DNA of 53,671 nucleotides, filler included, from Squatina squatina (GCA_031763465.1; 3 parts of 3 records of this genome joined end to end with filler, not necessarily neighbours in it), one strand, 5' to 3'; shown: positions 11,523 to 23,348, counted from the whole stretch's first letter. A program made the numbers and translations. Notes: generated from the sequence alone by a model not told the origin.

Positions 11523-11824
11523 CTGGAAAACTCCTTGAGCATCGGCAGCCACAGCGGCATGCAGCGGGGTCCTGCCCATGTTGTCCTGTATGTTGGCGTC
11601 TGCACTGGATTCGAGGAGACGTTTGGCAGCGTCAGAACGGGCGTAGCGAGCCGCCAGGTGCAGGGCAGTTTCGCCCGTCCGGTCCGTCTGGTTGTGGAGA
11701 TTTGCGACCTTGTAGATGAAATCGGAGATGAGAGTGCCCGAGGCATCGTCCACTTCCTCCTCGCTGTTGCCTGTCTCCAGACCGCCGCCACTGCACGAGG
11801 CGATCATCAGCGGAGTGAACCCGT
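11523..11824 (-). CDS. NOTCH1: NOTCH1 ankyrin-repeat exon (302 nt)
   Basis: cacag|AC GGG...CAG|gtaggc; [23 protein letters not shown]...[27 protein letters not shown]...VFQ, NOTCH1-type rather than NOTCH2/3; adjacent to SEC16A. Confidence 0.95.
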
Positions 11825-11906
11825 CTGTGGGGACAAACCGGGGAGGGGGTTGGTGGTGTCAGTGAGAACCGGAGAACACCGCGCAGTAATGGTGCAAACA
11901 AACGTG

Positions 11907-12042
11907 GCCCCGCCCACATCACCCGGCCCCGCCCCAAACACGGCCCCGCCCACAGCACCCGGCCCCGGCCCCGCCCACACCACCCGGCCCCGCCCCCAAA
12001 CCCGGCCCCGCCCACAGCACCCGGCCCCGCCCACAGCACCCG
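11907..12042. repeat. GC-rich ~19-bp minisatellite (ggccccgcccacagcaccc), truncated by gap
   Basis: About seven imperfect tandem units visible. Confidence 0.9.
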
Positions 12043-12142
12043 NNNNNNNNNNNNNNNNNNNNNNNNNNNNNNNNNNNNNNNNNNNNNNNNNNNNNNNNNN
12101 NNNNNNNNNNNNNNNNNNNNNNNNNNNNNNNNNNNNNNNNNN

Positions 12143-13938
12143 ACTTCTTTGCTTTTGTATTAAAGCCTCTATCTGTGAATCCCAGGATCCCGGATGCTTT
12201 TTTAACCGCTGTCTAAACCTGCCCGGCCACCTTCAATGATTTGTGCACATACACCCCAGGTCTCTCTATGACTGTCACCCCTTTGGAATTGCTCTCTTTA
12301 TTTTATATTGTCGCTCCTCATTCGTCTACCAAAATGCAACACTTTGCACTTTTCTGCGGTAAATGTTATCTGCCTCATGTTCGCAGATTCGAACATCCTG
12401 TTTATGTCCTCCTGAAGTCTATCATATTCCTCATCATCACTGTTCACTATATTCCAAGTTTTGTGTCATCTACAAATTTCGAAATTGTGTTTTGTACACG
12501 AAAATCTAAATCATGCAATAAATACAGTGGTCCATGTACTGACCCCTGGGGAACACCATTGCATGTCTTCCTCCAGTCCGAAAAACAACAGTTCACAATT
12601 GCTCTGTTTCCTGTCACGGAGGCAATTTTGTATCCATGCGGCCACTGTACATTTTTATTCTGGGGGCTTCAACTTTACTGGTAAGCTGATTATTTGGCAC
12701 TTTATCAAATGTCTTTTGGCAGCCCATGTACACCACATCAACCACATTGCTCTCATCAACCCTCTCAGTTACCTCATCAAAAAACTCAATCAATGTAGAG
12801 AAACACGATTTGCATTCAAGAAATCCGTGCTGGCTTTCCTTAATTAATCCACATTTTCCAAGTGACTGTTAATTATGACCCAGATTATTGTTTCTAAAAG
12901 CTTCCCCACTGCCGAGATTAAACTGATTGGTCTGGAGTTGCTGGGTTTATATTGACAGCATTATGTTTTAACCAGGGTGTAGCATTTGCAATTCTACAGT
13001 CTACTGGCACCACCCCTGTATCTGAAGAGGATTGGAAGATTAGGGCCAGTACCTCCACAAGTTCCACCATTATCTCCCTCATTATCCAAGGGTGCATCCC
13101 ACCCGGCCTTGGTGATTTATCTTCTTTAAATACAGCCAGCATTTCCAGTACATCCTCTTTGTTAATCTTTATCCCATCCAGTTTCTCAACTATCTCCTCT
13201 TTCACTTTGACATTGGCAGCTTGTTCTTCCTTGGTGAAGACAGATGCAAAGAACTGATGAAATATCTCCGCCTCCATGTGTCGGCCTCTATTCTGGTCCT
13301 TAATTGGCCCCACACCTCCCCTATTACCATTTTATTATGTATATACCAACAGATCACCCCTGGATTCCAATTTAGGTTAGCTGCCAGTGTATTCTCAGAC
13401 TCTGTTTGCCCCTCTTATTGGGTTTTTAACTTACTCTCTGAACATCCTGCACTCAACCTGTTTCTCACTTGTTTTCTCAACCTGACATTTGTCATATGCC
13501 CCCATTTTCTGCATCATATCTTTTGTCATTCAGGGAGCTCTGGTTTTAGTTGCCCTGCCTTTCCCACCTGAGCCATCTCCACTTTAAATGTTTTCAATAA
13601 AAGTTTTACCTGCCAACCTTTGATTCTAATTTTCCCGGGGCAGCTCCTTTCTCAATCCAATTAAATCGGCCTTCTACCAATTAAATATTTTAATATAGAT
13701 TGCTCCCTGTCCTTTCCCATATCTCATCTAATCCTTATGATACTATGATCACTGTCTCCCTACTGACACTTACTCCACTTGACCCACCTCATTCCCCAGA
13801 ACCAGATCCAGCAATGACTCCATCCTCGTTGGGCCGGAAACATACTGATCAAAAAAGTTTCCCTGAACACAATTGAGAAATTGTTCCCCCTCTCTGCCCT
13901 TTTTAGTATTTGTTTCCCAGTCTATATTAGGATAGTTG
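12143..13938 (-). mobile_element. Degenerate CR1 LINE ORF2 (end of endonuclease, linker, reverse transcriptase)
   Basis: FASVFTKE, KSP.P.GMHP..MRE, IFQSS.DTGVVP.D.RIAN and GVPQGSV.GP motifs with stops and frameshifts. Confidence 0.9.
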
Positions 13939-14468
13939 NNNNNNNNNNNNNNNNNNNNNNNNNNNNNNNNNNNNNNNNNNNNNNNNNNNNNNNNNNNNNN
14001 NNNNNNNNNNNNNNNNNNNNNNNNNNNNNNNNNNNNNNGGAACTGGTACCCCAGTGAGAGTTTGTCTTTGCTGGGGAAACAGGGAGGGAAAAAATGTTAA
14101 AAATGAAGGGAGAATGAGCCACGATCTGCCTTTAAAATGGAAAACAGAGAGAAAGAGTGAGAGGGCTGATTCTCCTCACAGTGCACTTTCCCCAAGGGTA
14201 TCTGGGCTCACTGTGGCATTTTATCAGAGAAATGAACAGAGTTGATTTTTTTAAATGATTATATTATTTTCACTTCCCCGGATTTCAGTTGATGCGAGCT
14301 TATCCTGGAGTCATCCTGGCAACGGTTGTCCCAGAGGCAGGGGGATGGGAGGGAGAGTAGACCTTTCTTGGTATAGAATGCCTGCCCGCAGGCCAGGATT
14401 AATCTCTGGCCTTGCTCACAGCGCACAGACGAGGAAGTGGGTGCGGGTTATTGAACACTGGCACCTAC

Positions 14469-14582
14469 CTGAGGGGCATTCGCACTCAAACTCGTTGATT
14501 TTGTCGATACAAATGCCCTTGTTTAAGCATGGATTACTGCCACACTCATCAGTATCAATTTCACAGTAGATTCCCTCGTATC
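14469..14582 (-). CDS. NOTCH1: NOTCH1 EGF-like repeat exon (114 nt)
   Basis: ttgcag|GA TAC...TCA G|gtaggt; GYEGIYCEIDTDECGSNPCLNKGICIDKINEFECECPS, a Ca-binding EGF repeat resembling NOTCH1 EGF12-13. Confidence 0.92.
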
Positions 14583-15046
14583 CTGCAATTTTAAAACACA
14601 CAGAATTAACCGTTTCTATCTGGGATGTTAGTGCAGGGGAATTGGGATATTTTCCACACAAAGGGTGGTAGAAATCTGGAACACTCTGCCCCAGATAGAG
14701 GCAGAGGTTGTGGGTCAATCGGAGCTTTCACGAGTGAGGTTGGAAGATCTTTGTTGGTCGGTGTTTTGGGGATTAGGGACAGAGAGGAGAAAACATTCCT
14801 GATCTCCAGGGAATCTAGGAATCCTCAATTCCATCTTTTCCATGACAGAAACTACAAAAACCTTCACTTTCCCACAGGAAGCTGTTGAGGCCAGTTCATT
14901 AGCTATATTCAAAAGGGAGTTAGATGTGGCCCTTACGGCTAAAGGGNNNNNNNNNNNNNNNNNNNNNNNNNNNNNNNNNNNNNNNNNNNNNNNNNNNNNN
15001 NNNNNNNNNNNNNNNNNNNNNNNNNNNNNNNNNNNNNNNNNNNNNN

Positions 15047-15250
15047 ACTCACTGCCTTAATGGTGGTAGAGGCAGAAACACTCATCACATTTAAAAAGTA
15101 CTCGGATGTGCACTTGAAGTTCTGTAACCTACAGGGCTACGGACCAAGAGCTGGAAAGTGGGATTAAGCTGGATAGCTCTTTGTCGGCCGACACGGACAC
15201 GATGGGCCGAGTGGCCTCCTTCCGTCCTGTGGATTTTTACGATTCTATGA
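15047..15250 (+). mobile_element. CR1 LINE 3' end
   Basis: gtggtagaggcaga...catttaaaaagtac...ggacacgatgggccgagtggcctccttc...(gattctat) tail. Confidence 0.75.
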
Positions 15251-15735
15251 TCTCTTCCTGCTCCTAAAAGTTCTTTTTGCACAAAGCCAAACAAGTCGTT
15301 TTTTTGGCTCCGGTAACTCGTATGAATGGGTTCGGGACGAGACCAAGATCAGCATCGCCACAAATCTGGGAATGTTTTAATAGCTCTGCCTTTATGAGTA
15401 CTGTTGCTTTGGTCACAACAGTTTTGAGCACATATTAGCTGGGAGTGTAGTGCATTCGCCAAACTAACCTTATTGAACAAACACCCTTGTTCTTTACTGT
15501 TCTACCTCAGAGATCTTGGTTAGAACTTCATCTGCCTTGTGTTGATGTGTGATTTGCTTTCTCCTAAGTCAGCTGTCTTGAATCAGTTCAATTAATTCTC
15601 AAATGCTGTGCCTCCTTTATATGTTTTCCTGTTATTGGTTTTTACTTGAATTGTATTTGNNNNNNNNNNCTCCCTGGACAGTCTGTTTGACACCTATTGT
15701 ACTTTCTGTGCCAAGTAATTCCATTACAACTGCTT

Positions 15736-16110
15736 GGGCTAGAAAATCATCTCCTGTTCCACCCCGTTAGTGCCTCCGTGGGGCGCTAACGGGGCAAAAC
15801 AGGACAAAATGGTGCCGGGAGGCGGCCATCTTGCTTCCTGGGGAATTCACCTGGGGTAGAAAGGCCTTTGTGCCCAGCCAGCTGAATTCTGCGGCAGGTT
15901 GGCGCGTGACGTCATAAAGACGCGCGCTGACCCGCACCGTGCAGCTGCGATCCCCTTTGTGCTCCCTGTGGGAAGCAAACTGAGCGCAAAGGGGGTCGCG
16001 GTGCAAAAAATGCCGGCTCCCACCCGCTACCAGCCCGTAGGCACCAGGGCCAAATTGCCTGCCCTAACTGTTTGAGACAACATCGACACTTGGGCCCCAA
16101 ACTGGGTCCC
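15736..16110. mobile_element. GC-rich non-autonomous DNA-transposon (MITE-like) remnant
   Basis: CpG-rich island in AT-rich flanks with gggctagaaaat / gggccccaaactgg end-like motifs and ggcggccatctt core shared with similar elements in the window. Confidence 0.4.
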
Positions 16111-16664
16111 CATTATTTGGGCAAGGAGAAAGGTACAAAGGGAGAGAGGAAAAAAAATCAAAAACACAAGAATAAAGCAGACTGTGAGGCAGAGAAAGGA
16201 ATTTTTTTTTAAAAGGCGAGAGGGACATGTGGAACTTGCATATCTCCGACAGATCTTGATTGACCTGAGGTATGTATCTATGTAAGAAAAACTATTGGAG
16301 CAGTTACTGTTTCCATATTTCTCATTTTCTCACTCATGGTTGTGTATTCAGGAAACCAGGTCCATGATCTGTGAACACTGGCTCCTGATCAGTAGTATTT
16401 AAGTATGCACAGCAGAAAATAGTTAACTTGGGACAATATAAATGAACAGAACCTACAATCAGAGAATTCAGACGATGATGACTGTTGTGCCAATTTTCTG
16501 GTTATAGTCTCTCTTCAATTGGGTAAATTATAAAAGGTTCGAAAGTCATCCTGCTCGTAGTTTTAGTGAAAATAGTTGTTCCTGTCAGTACGAAATGAGA
16601 TTTCCTATGTTTACTCCAGTATTGTTCAGAGTGCATGCATCCAATACGTATCAAAGTGCTCATT

Positions 16665-16730
16665 TAAATCTCATCAAAGTCACAAATGACATCCTTTGTG
16701 ACTGTGACAAAGGTAAACTGTCTGTTGGTC
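16665..16730 (+). mobile_element. L2-type LINE RT fragment
   Basis: LIKVTNDILCDCDKGKLS motif. Confidence 0.6.
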
Positions 16731-16830
16731 NNNNNNNNNNNNNNNNNNNNNNNNNNNNNNNNNNNNNNNNNNNNNNNNNNNNNNNNNNNNNNNNNNNNNN
16801 NNNNNNNNNNNNNNNNNNNNNNNNNNNNNN

Positions 16831-18320
16831 GCAAGGGTGTGGTACCGGCTAGTAACTTTGATCCCTCTCCCGATGTTGGTCACAAAAATACATACGCCGC
16901 TCGTCGACTTCTTCTGGGACAAAAGGAAGCATCGGGTCTCTACTGCGGTTCTGAGTTTCCCGCTTAGGGAGGGTGGTCAAACGCTGGTATGCGTGCGTAC
17001 CCAGGCTGCGACTTTCCGTCTTCAGACTCTGCAGAGATACTTGTACATTGAGCCTCCCCGCTGATGGTGTGCACGGGCAACGTATTTCTTCCGCCAGCTG
17101 CACGGCCTCAACTATGATACGCAGCTCCTGTTTATAAACCTGGGAGGTAACCATGCCTCTTCAGGGGAGCTGCCTGTCTTTTACCAAGAACTGCTAAGGA
17201 TTTCGAACAATGCCGCCTGCAGGTGCATTTCTCCCCTGTCGAGAGCGGCGGCCGTCCTTCGGGAGCCGCTGCTCAGGAATCCGCACCTCCATGGCTGCGG
17301 GTTAATGTGGCCAGCGGTGGGTAGGGCTGTGGCTGCCAGAGTCAAGGACCTACTCGATGGCAGAGGAGTGAGTTGGATGTCGCCAGAGGAGCTGGCGCAG
17401 CACCTGTCCTGGGTCAACGTCCGACTCGTGGCCAAAGCCATCGAGTCGCTAACAGTGACACTGGGCCCTGAATCCATTACATGTGTCAAGGAGGCTCAAG
17501 CACATGGGGTGATTCCGTCCGAACTGACCACTGTCCGGACAGAATTCCTCACTGGCGCCAGGCCCCGAAACCTCCCTCGGGTGCCAGTGCCTCATAACTT
17601 GTGCCACCTCCGGGAATGTCCCTCCGTGCCCTTTAGTTCCGCGCAGAGAGGCTTCCTGTACAGGCTGCTCTTGCACACCTTCCATTTTGCCATCATCGTC
17701 TGCCATCTGCATGCCATCCGGAGGAGGCGGGGGTCCCCAGTGGAGGTCTCTCTATGCGGGAGTCCTCCTGGACTTGACCTGGAGGGTGCAATCGGTTTTT
17801 AAGTCGGTTCACGGGCTCCCAGGCCGCCTGCCATTTCTGCGGCCTAGAGGAGTCCGTGTTCCACGTTTATGTAGGGTGTGCGAGGTTGCAGCCCCTGTTT
17901 CATTATTTAAAGGGGCTGCTCCTCAAGTTTTGGTTGCACTTCAGTCCCACGCTCCTGATCTTTGGGCACCCGGTGCGGGGGAGAGCGGGTCGGTCGGAGG
18001 CCCTCCTGCTCCTGAGCCTGGCCAAGCTGGCCATTAATAGGTCCAGGCAGCGGGCAAACGAGGGGGTTGTTTGCCCCGACTGCCTGCCTCTCTTCCGCGG
18101 CTACGTTCGCGCCCAGGTGTCTCTGGAGATGGAGCACGCGGTGTTCGCCGGTACGCTTGCGGCCTTCCACGACCGGTAGGCGCCGGGCGGACTGGAGTGC
18201 GTCATCGCTGGGGACAACAGGGTTTTAATTTAAGCACTGGGGTTTTGATAAGTTTTAGTTTAAAGTTTATTAGTTTGAAGTTTGTTTTGTTAATTACTGT
18301 ATTTTAATTTGATTTGTTAT
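16831..18320 (+). mobile_element. Tx1-clade non-LTR retrotransposon, degenerate 3' part of ORF2 and T-rich tail
   Basis: WYRLVTL...LVDFFWDKRKH...PLREGGQTLVC...FRLQTLQRYLY, then CCHC-type finger CHFCGLEESVFHVYVGCARL; in-frame stops and frameshifts. Confidence 0.85.
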
Positions 18321-18399
18321 GCCAAAAAATATAGCATCAGAGTAAAAGGCAGTTCAGTAATAGCAAGAATCAGACGGGAGGGCAAACGATGGGCAGTCT

Positions 18400-18900
18400 A
18401 AGACGGTTTTGGAGTGCACGTGTGTAAATGCACATACCATGGTAAATAAGTTTGGTGAGCTGCAGGCACATGTCGCACATGAACCTATGATATAGTAGCA
18501 TAATAGAGACCTGTCTCACAAAGAAGGGGGGATTGGGAACTTAATATTCCTGGCTAAAAGGTATTAAGGAAAGATAGGAAAGGAAAAAATGGAGGGGGTG
18601 GCAGTATTGATCAAATAAACTATTATAGCACAGGAGAGGGATGATGTATGTGAGAGGTCAAAGACAGAATCTATTTGGTTAGAACTAAAGAACATTAGAG
18701 GAGCTATTACACTACTGGGTTTATACTGCAGGCCACCAAATAGTGGGAAAGAGATAGAGGAGCAAATTTGCAGACAAATTACTGAACGATGCACAGTAGT
18801 GATGATGGAGGACCCCAATTATCCTGCGACAGACTGGGATAGTAACAGTGTTAAGGGCAAATAAGAGGAGGAATTCCTGAAATGTGCACAAGAGAACTTT
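18400..18900 (+). mobile_element. CR1 LINE ORF2 APE endonuclease fragment
   Basis: CVNA..MVNK.GEL, YDIVA, RKDRKGK.GGGVAVLI, LLGLYCRPPNSG motifs, degenerate. Confidence 0.85.
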
Positions 18901-19000
18901 NNNNNNNNNNNNNNNNNNNNNNNNNNNNNNNNNNNNNNNNNNNNNNNNNNNNNNNNNNNNNNNNNNNNNNNNNNNNNNNNNNNNNNNNNNNNNNNNNNNN

Positions 19001-19310
19001 TGGCCAGTTAGAGAGTGGCAATGGAAGTGATGAAGAAGGCATTTTGATTCATGAGACACTGACACCAGTACTGGTGAAAGAGGGAGCTGCTCTGTTGGGA
19101 CAGACTCCATTTAAACCGAGCTGAGACCAGTGTCCTGGTGAATTGAATAACTAGGGCTGTAGATAGGGCTTTAAACTAAAAAGTGGGTGGGTGGCGGGGG
19201 GGAGGGGGAGGTCAGGTGAGGGGAAATTTAGAAATCAGAAGAGAAAAGTCAAGTCAATGGATTAGTGTAGTGATTTGGGTAAAAATAAGCAGTGTAGCAG
19301 GAAGGGACAG
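19001..19310 (+). mobile_element. CR1 ORF1 (esterase-like) 3' end and inter-ORF region
   Basis: Degenerate W.E.W...EG..FM.H..QYW.K.EL...D.LHLN segment ending in gctttaaactaa followed by a G-rich spacer. Confidence 0.55.
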
Positions 19311-20264
19311 AGGGTGCCCAATTGGTCTGCCTGCATTTTAAATGCAAGGGGACCAAAAAGCATGTTTTTTACACCCGTTTTGCACTGCTCCATTATTTTG
19401 CACTATTTGGCACTTCAACAATTTTTTTTGGGCAGCTTAAAAACTGGCCCAGAAATGAGCATTAATGGGTGCCTGATCGGCGCTAATTGAGCTTTAATGG
19501 TTTCAGCGGGCCAATTCACTAATCGATCTAAGGAGCTGCTATCATGTGTCAGGCCACCTCAGCCCTTAAAGGGGCTCATGATTGAGAGACAAGCAGTGNN
19601 NNNNNNNNNNNNNNNNNNNNNNNNNNNNNNNNNNNNNNNNNNNNNNNNNNNNNNNNNNNNNNNNNNNNNNNNNNNNNNNNNNNNNNNNNNNNNNNNNNAA
19701 TAATAGACAGAACCAAACTATAAATAGTTAAGCTTAAGTGTTATGCCTATAGCTTGGTATCAAGGTTTGTTTGTGAAAGAGTTAATCGCAGTGTGCTTTG
19801 GGCGTGGGTGCTGTAGCTCTGTGGTTAATCTGTGAGTTCAGTGTGTGTGTGTAACATGAGTGGAGGATTTCCTTTGAAGTCAAGCACCGGGGATTTTCCC
19901 CACCCACATAACGATTTAAATAACCTTTGCCTGTTAGCGAGGGCTTGCTGTCAGGCAAGGGAGAAACTAGAAACAAGAAAAGGAGTTCACTTCAAACATG
20001 CATGGCTATACCCCTGTTGTAATTATGTATGCAGGCTTTTACAGCTCAATTACTCTTTGTGTATGCTTATTTCAAAGCATCATATCACAACTTAATTCAG
20101 CAAGGCAAAACTGCTAATTGCATCTGCCAGTCGAATAAATATGACACTCAAGCTGCTGCCTATGTTGCTATGCTCCTGTTGACATGCTTAATGTTTCGTG
20201 TATATGTCCTGAGTTCAGTGGAGTTAAAGTGTAATAATGAGTGCTGTAACTGAATAGAAACACA

Positions 20265-20525
20265 GAAAGGAACAATGGAACAGGAGGAGGCCATTCAGCC
20301 CCTCGGGCCTGCTCCACCATTCTATTAGATCCTGGTTGATCTGTCCCACAACTCCATTTACCCACCTTTGCTTCATATCCCTTGATACCCTTACCCAACA
20401 AAGATCTATCGATCTCAGACTTGAAAGTTCCAGTTGTCCCAGTATCTGCAGCCTTTATAGGAGGAGAACATTCCAGAGTTCGACAGCCCTTTGTGTGAAA
20501 TAGTGCTTCCTGATTTCCCTCCTAA
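20265..20525 (-). mobile_element. CR1 LINE 3' tail
   Basis: gaacaggaggaggccattcagcccctcgggcctgctccaccattc tail signature. Confidence 0.75.
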
Positions 20526-21591
20526 ATTAATAATAGTAAATAAAAAAACAAAACTATTGGAAATACAGAACAGGAAGTTCAGCATCTGCAAGAAAGGTGG
20601 TAAACGTGTGTTGTGAGTCACTAGCTTCTATCAGAATTTAGTTCTCAAGAAGGGTGTCCACCTGAAACGCAAACATCTTTTTCCTCTTTTCAGATCCCAG
20701 ATGGCGTGCTATGTATTTCTAACAAGCCTGATTTTCACAAGATAATTGCAGATGAGAGAGGTAATTCGGCCTAACTTAGTTCATCCATCCAGAGAAACTC
20801 AATAGTCCCCGAACCCCCATTGCAGCAGTCAATTGATTTCTAAATGATGTGCAGGTTTTTGCCTCTACCACTCTTTCTGGNNNNNNNNNNNNNNNNNNNN
20901 NNNNNNNNNNNNNNNNNNNNNNNNNNNNNNNNNNNNNNNNNNNNNNNNNNNNNNNNNNNNNNNNNNNNNNNNNNNNNNNNAGGTCCCATTGCCAGGATGG
21001 GAGGCACCAGGATTATTGAGGGTGGAGCAAACTACCTTTATTGTCCTCTTTCTTTATTGTGGATTTTCTTCGTGGGGTTGTGTGGTTGTGGTAACAAAGT
21101 GGCCTCATTGTGATTATATTGGGATAGTTGTGCCACACTCTGTGTTATGGATGTTATACGTGTTGGATTTATATTGTACAGTTTCCTTTTGTAGCTTGGC
21201 TCAATCTGAAATACATGAAAGCAGACTCATGAAAATAATTGCAGACGGCAGAGCATCAGCTTATCCTTCAGGACAGGACCGTTTTGAGAGCTGCTGCAGT
21301 GAATGAGTTAACAGCACTTGACATTTACTGGTAGAGGAGGCTGACTCATAGATGCATTAGTCTCAGCCCACCACTGCTGCCTGCATTCTCCACTGAACAC
21401 GCAGCGTTCACAGCGCTTTCAATCACCACAGCTCAGTGCCTGAACAATAGCACCATTCAGCACATTTGCTGTGCGTCGCAGCCCAATGTAGNNNNNNNNN
21501 NNNNNNNNNNNNNNNNNNNNNNNNNNNNNNNNNNNNNNNNNNNNNNNNNNNNNNNNNNNNNNNNNNNNNNNNNNNNNNNNNNNNNNNNNNN

Positions 21592-21792
21592 CTGACAGTG
21601 CAGCACTCCCTCAGTACTGCCCCTCTGACAGTGCAGCACTCCCTCAGTACTGCCCCTCTGACAGTGCAATGCTCCCTCAGTACCACACTGGGAATGTCAG
21701 CCTGTTTTTTTTGCTCAAGCCTCTGGAGTGGGACTCGAATCCACAACTGCCTGACTCAGGCAAGGGCTCTACCCACTGAGCCATAACTGACA
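21592..21792 (-). mobile_element. DeuSINE/SacSINE1-like tRNA-derived SINE head with internal 33-bp tandem expansion
   Basis: Minus strand TGGCTCAGTGGG (A box) and GATTCGAGTCC (B box), then tandem ctgacagtgcagcactccctcagtactgcccct units. Confidence 0.8.
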
Positions 21793-21945
21793 CATTGCTG
21801 TTTGTGGGAGCTTGCTGTGCACAAGTTGGCTGCCGCATTTGCCACATCACAACAGTGACTACAGCAAAAAGTGCTTCATTGGCTGTAAAGCGCTTTGGGG
21901 CGTGTTGGGAACGTAAAATCCACGATATAAGTGCAGGTTATTCCT
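21790..21945 (+). mobile_element. DeuSINE/SacSINE1-like 3' tail
   Basis: cacattgctgtttgtgggagcttgctgtgc...acaacagtgactaca...cattggctgtaaagcgctttggg, similar to 22528-22670. Confidence 0.8.
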
Positions 21946-22382
21946 TTCTTTAATTGGGATTGGATATTTTGAGAGGAAGGGAGAAAAAAATATGTAGCAA
22001 TTGAAGGGCTAATCCACATTCCCATCGCCCAGTGAGGGCGAGTCGCTGGGTCTATGGTTTAGAGAATCAGGACTACAATGTGACGGACTTCCATCACACT
22101 CCCGTGAGGGCTGGGAGCAGGAGAATCGCAGTTAACCCTTAAACGCTTAACCCTTTCCCCCCAAAAGAGACGTGAGTGTTTTGCAAGTGTTTTGGAGGGG
22201 TTGTGGAATGGTAAGAAAAGCAATATTTGTTCCAATGTGGAAGTATAGTATCTCAACCAAGGCTGTATTCTTCACTTGAGCCCAGTGTTGGGAGGACCTT
22301 TGGTCATATGGGATATCACAGTAGATCCTGATCCTGCCTTCATCCAGTGCCCATATGCTGATGTACTTTGAGCCTTGTGCTT

Positions 22383-22680
22383 TACCGAGGCCCCGTCTGA
22401 CCTCTCAAGTGGATGTCAAGGATCCCACAGCGCGGTTTTGAACAAAGAGCAGGGGAGTTCTCCCCGGTGTCCTGGCCTATGTTTATCCCTCAACCATCAT
22501 CAATAAAACAGGTGAGCTGGTCATTATCACATTGCTGTTGGTGGGATCTTGCTGTGCGCAACTTGGCTGCTGTGTTTCCTACATTACAACAGTGACTACA
22601 CTTCAAAAAATACTTCATTGGCTGTGAAGCCCTTTGGGACACCCTGAGGGGCTGTAGAAATGCAACTCTTTCCTTCCTTC
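22383..22680 (+). mobile_element. DeuSINE/SacSINE1-like SINE body and tail
   Basis: accgaggccccgtctg...gagcaggggagttctccccggtgtcctggcc...cattatcacattgctg (Deu-domain-like) and L2-like tail. Confidence 0.8.
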
Positions 22681-23333
22681 AAGGACACTGAGGGTCAACT
22701 TCCATTCCTTACCGCTGCCCTAACCTGGCACGGACCTGTGACCTTCCCGGCGAGTCAGGGGGTGCGCTTGCCAGCTGAACCATTGCAGCTCGGGACCAAA
22801 AGGTAGGAACAGCGAGATGTCACTCGGACTCCCTCAGCCTGATCACCAGCATCATGGTCCCTCTGTGTGTGTTGCTAATGATAACCCACTATCGCAGGGC
22901 CCACGGTGACTGGTGCTCTGTTACAAAGCGCGCGGCTCAGAGTCATCCAGTATTGACAGTCAGTTGAGTGGCAATGTTATTTTTTTTTCCCCCCCCGACA
23001 CAGTGTAATGAAAGCTGATTTGAGAGAGAGGGCAGGTTGAACCAGAATCGAGCTCACGTGAGTGGGAGGATGATTAGTTCTGAGCTTCTCGCAGCTGCCG
23101 TCAGTAGCTTGGAGTCAGAACCCATGGGAATATCTCCATGGCAACTCGCTGTCAGTCAGTCTCCGCTCATGATGTAAATTATTTTCGAATTTTATTAGCG
23201 CATATTTTTTTTTCAAAATACAGAGCGAGGCTCCATTCTCACTGCCAAAGTCCATGTGTCAGAAATGATTTGAAAAATTAAAATCGCTGTGTTATTGTTT
23301 TAGAAAGCGATTCTAACGCTCGTGCGGAGCGCG

Positions 23334-23348
23334 CATTGTTATGCAAAT
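23334..23348 (+). promoter_or_regulatory. Sox-Oct (SOX/POU) composite motif CATTGTTATGCAAAT
   Basis: Exact 15-bp match to the canonical composite consensus in repeat-free non-coding DNA; function not demonstrated. Confidence 0.55.

Noticed and set aside
10525-12239. Plus-strand ORFs of 173 and 252 aa
   Set aside because: Antisense shadows of GC-rich SEC16A/NOTCH1 exons and the minisatellite
21592-21690. CRISPR-like 33-bp direct repeats
   Set aside because: No spacers; head-to-tail SINE-derived tandem repeat in a vertebrate genome
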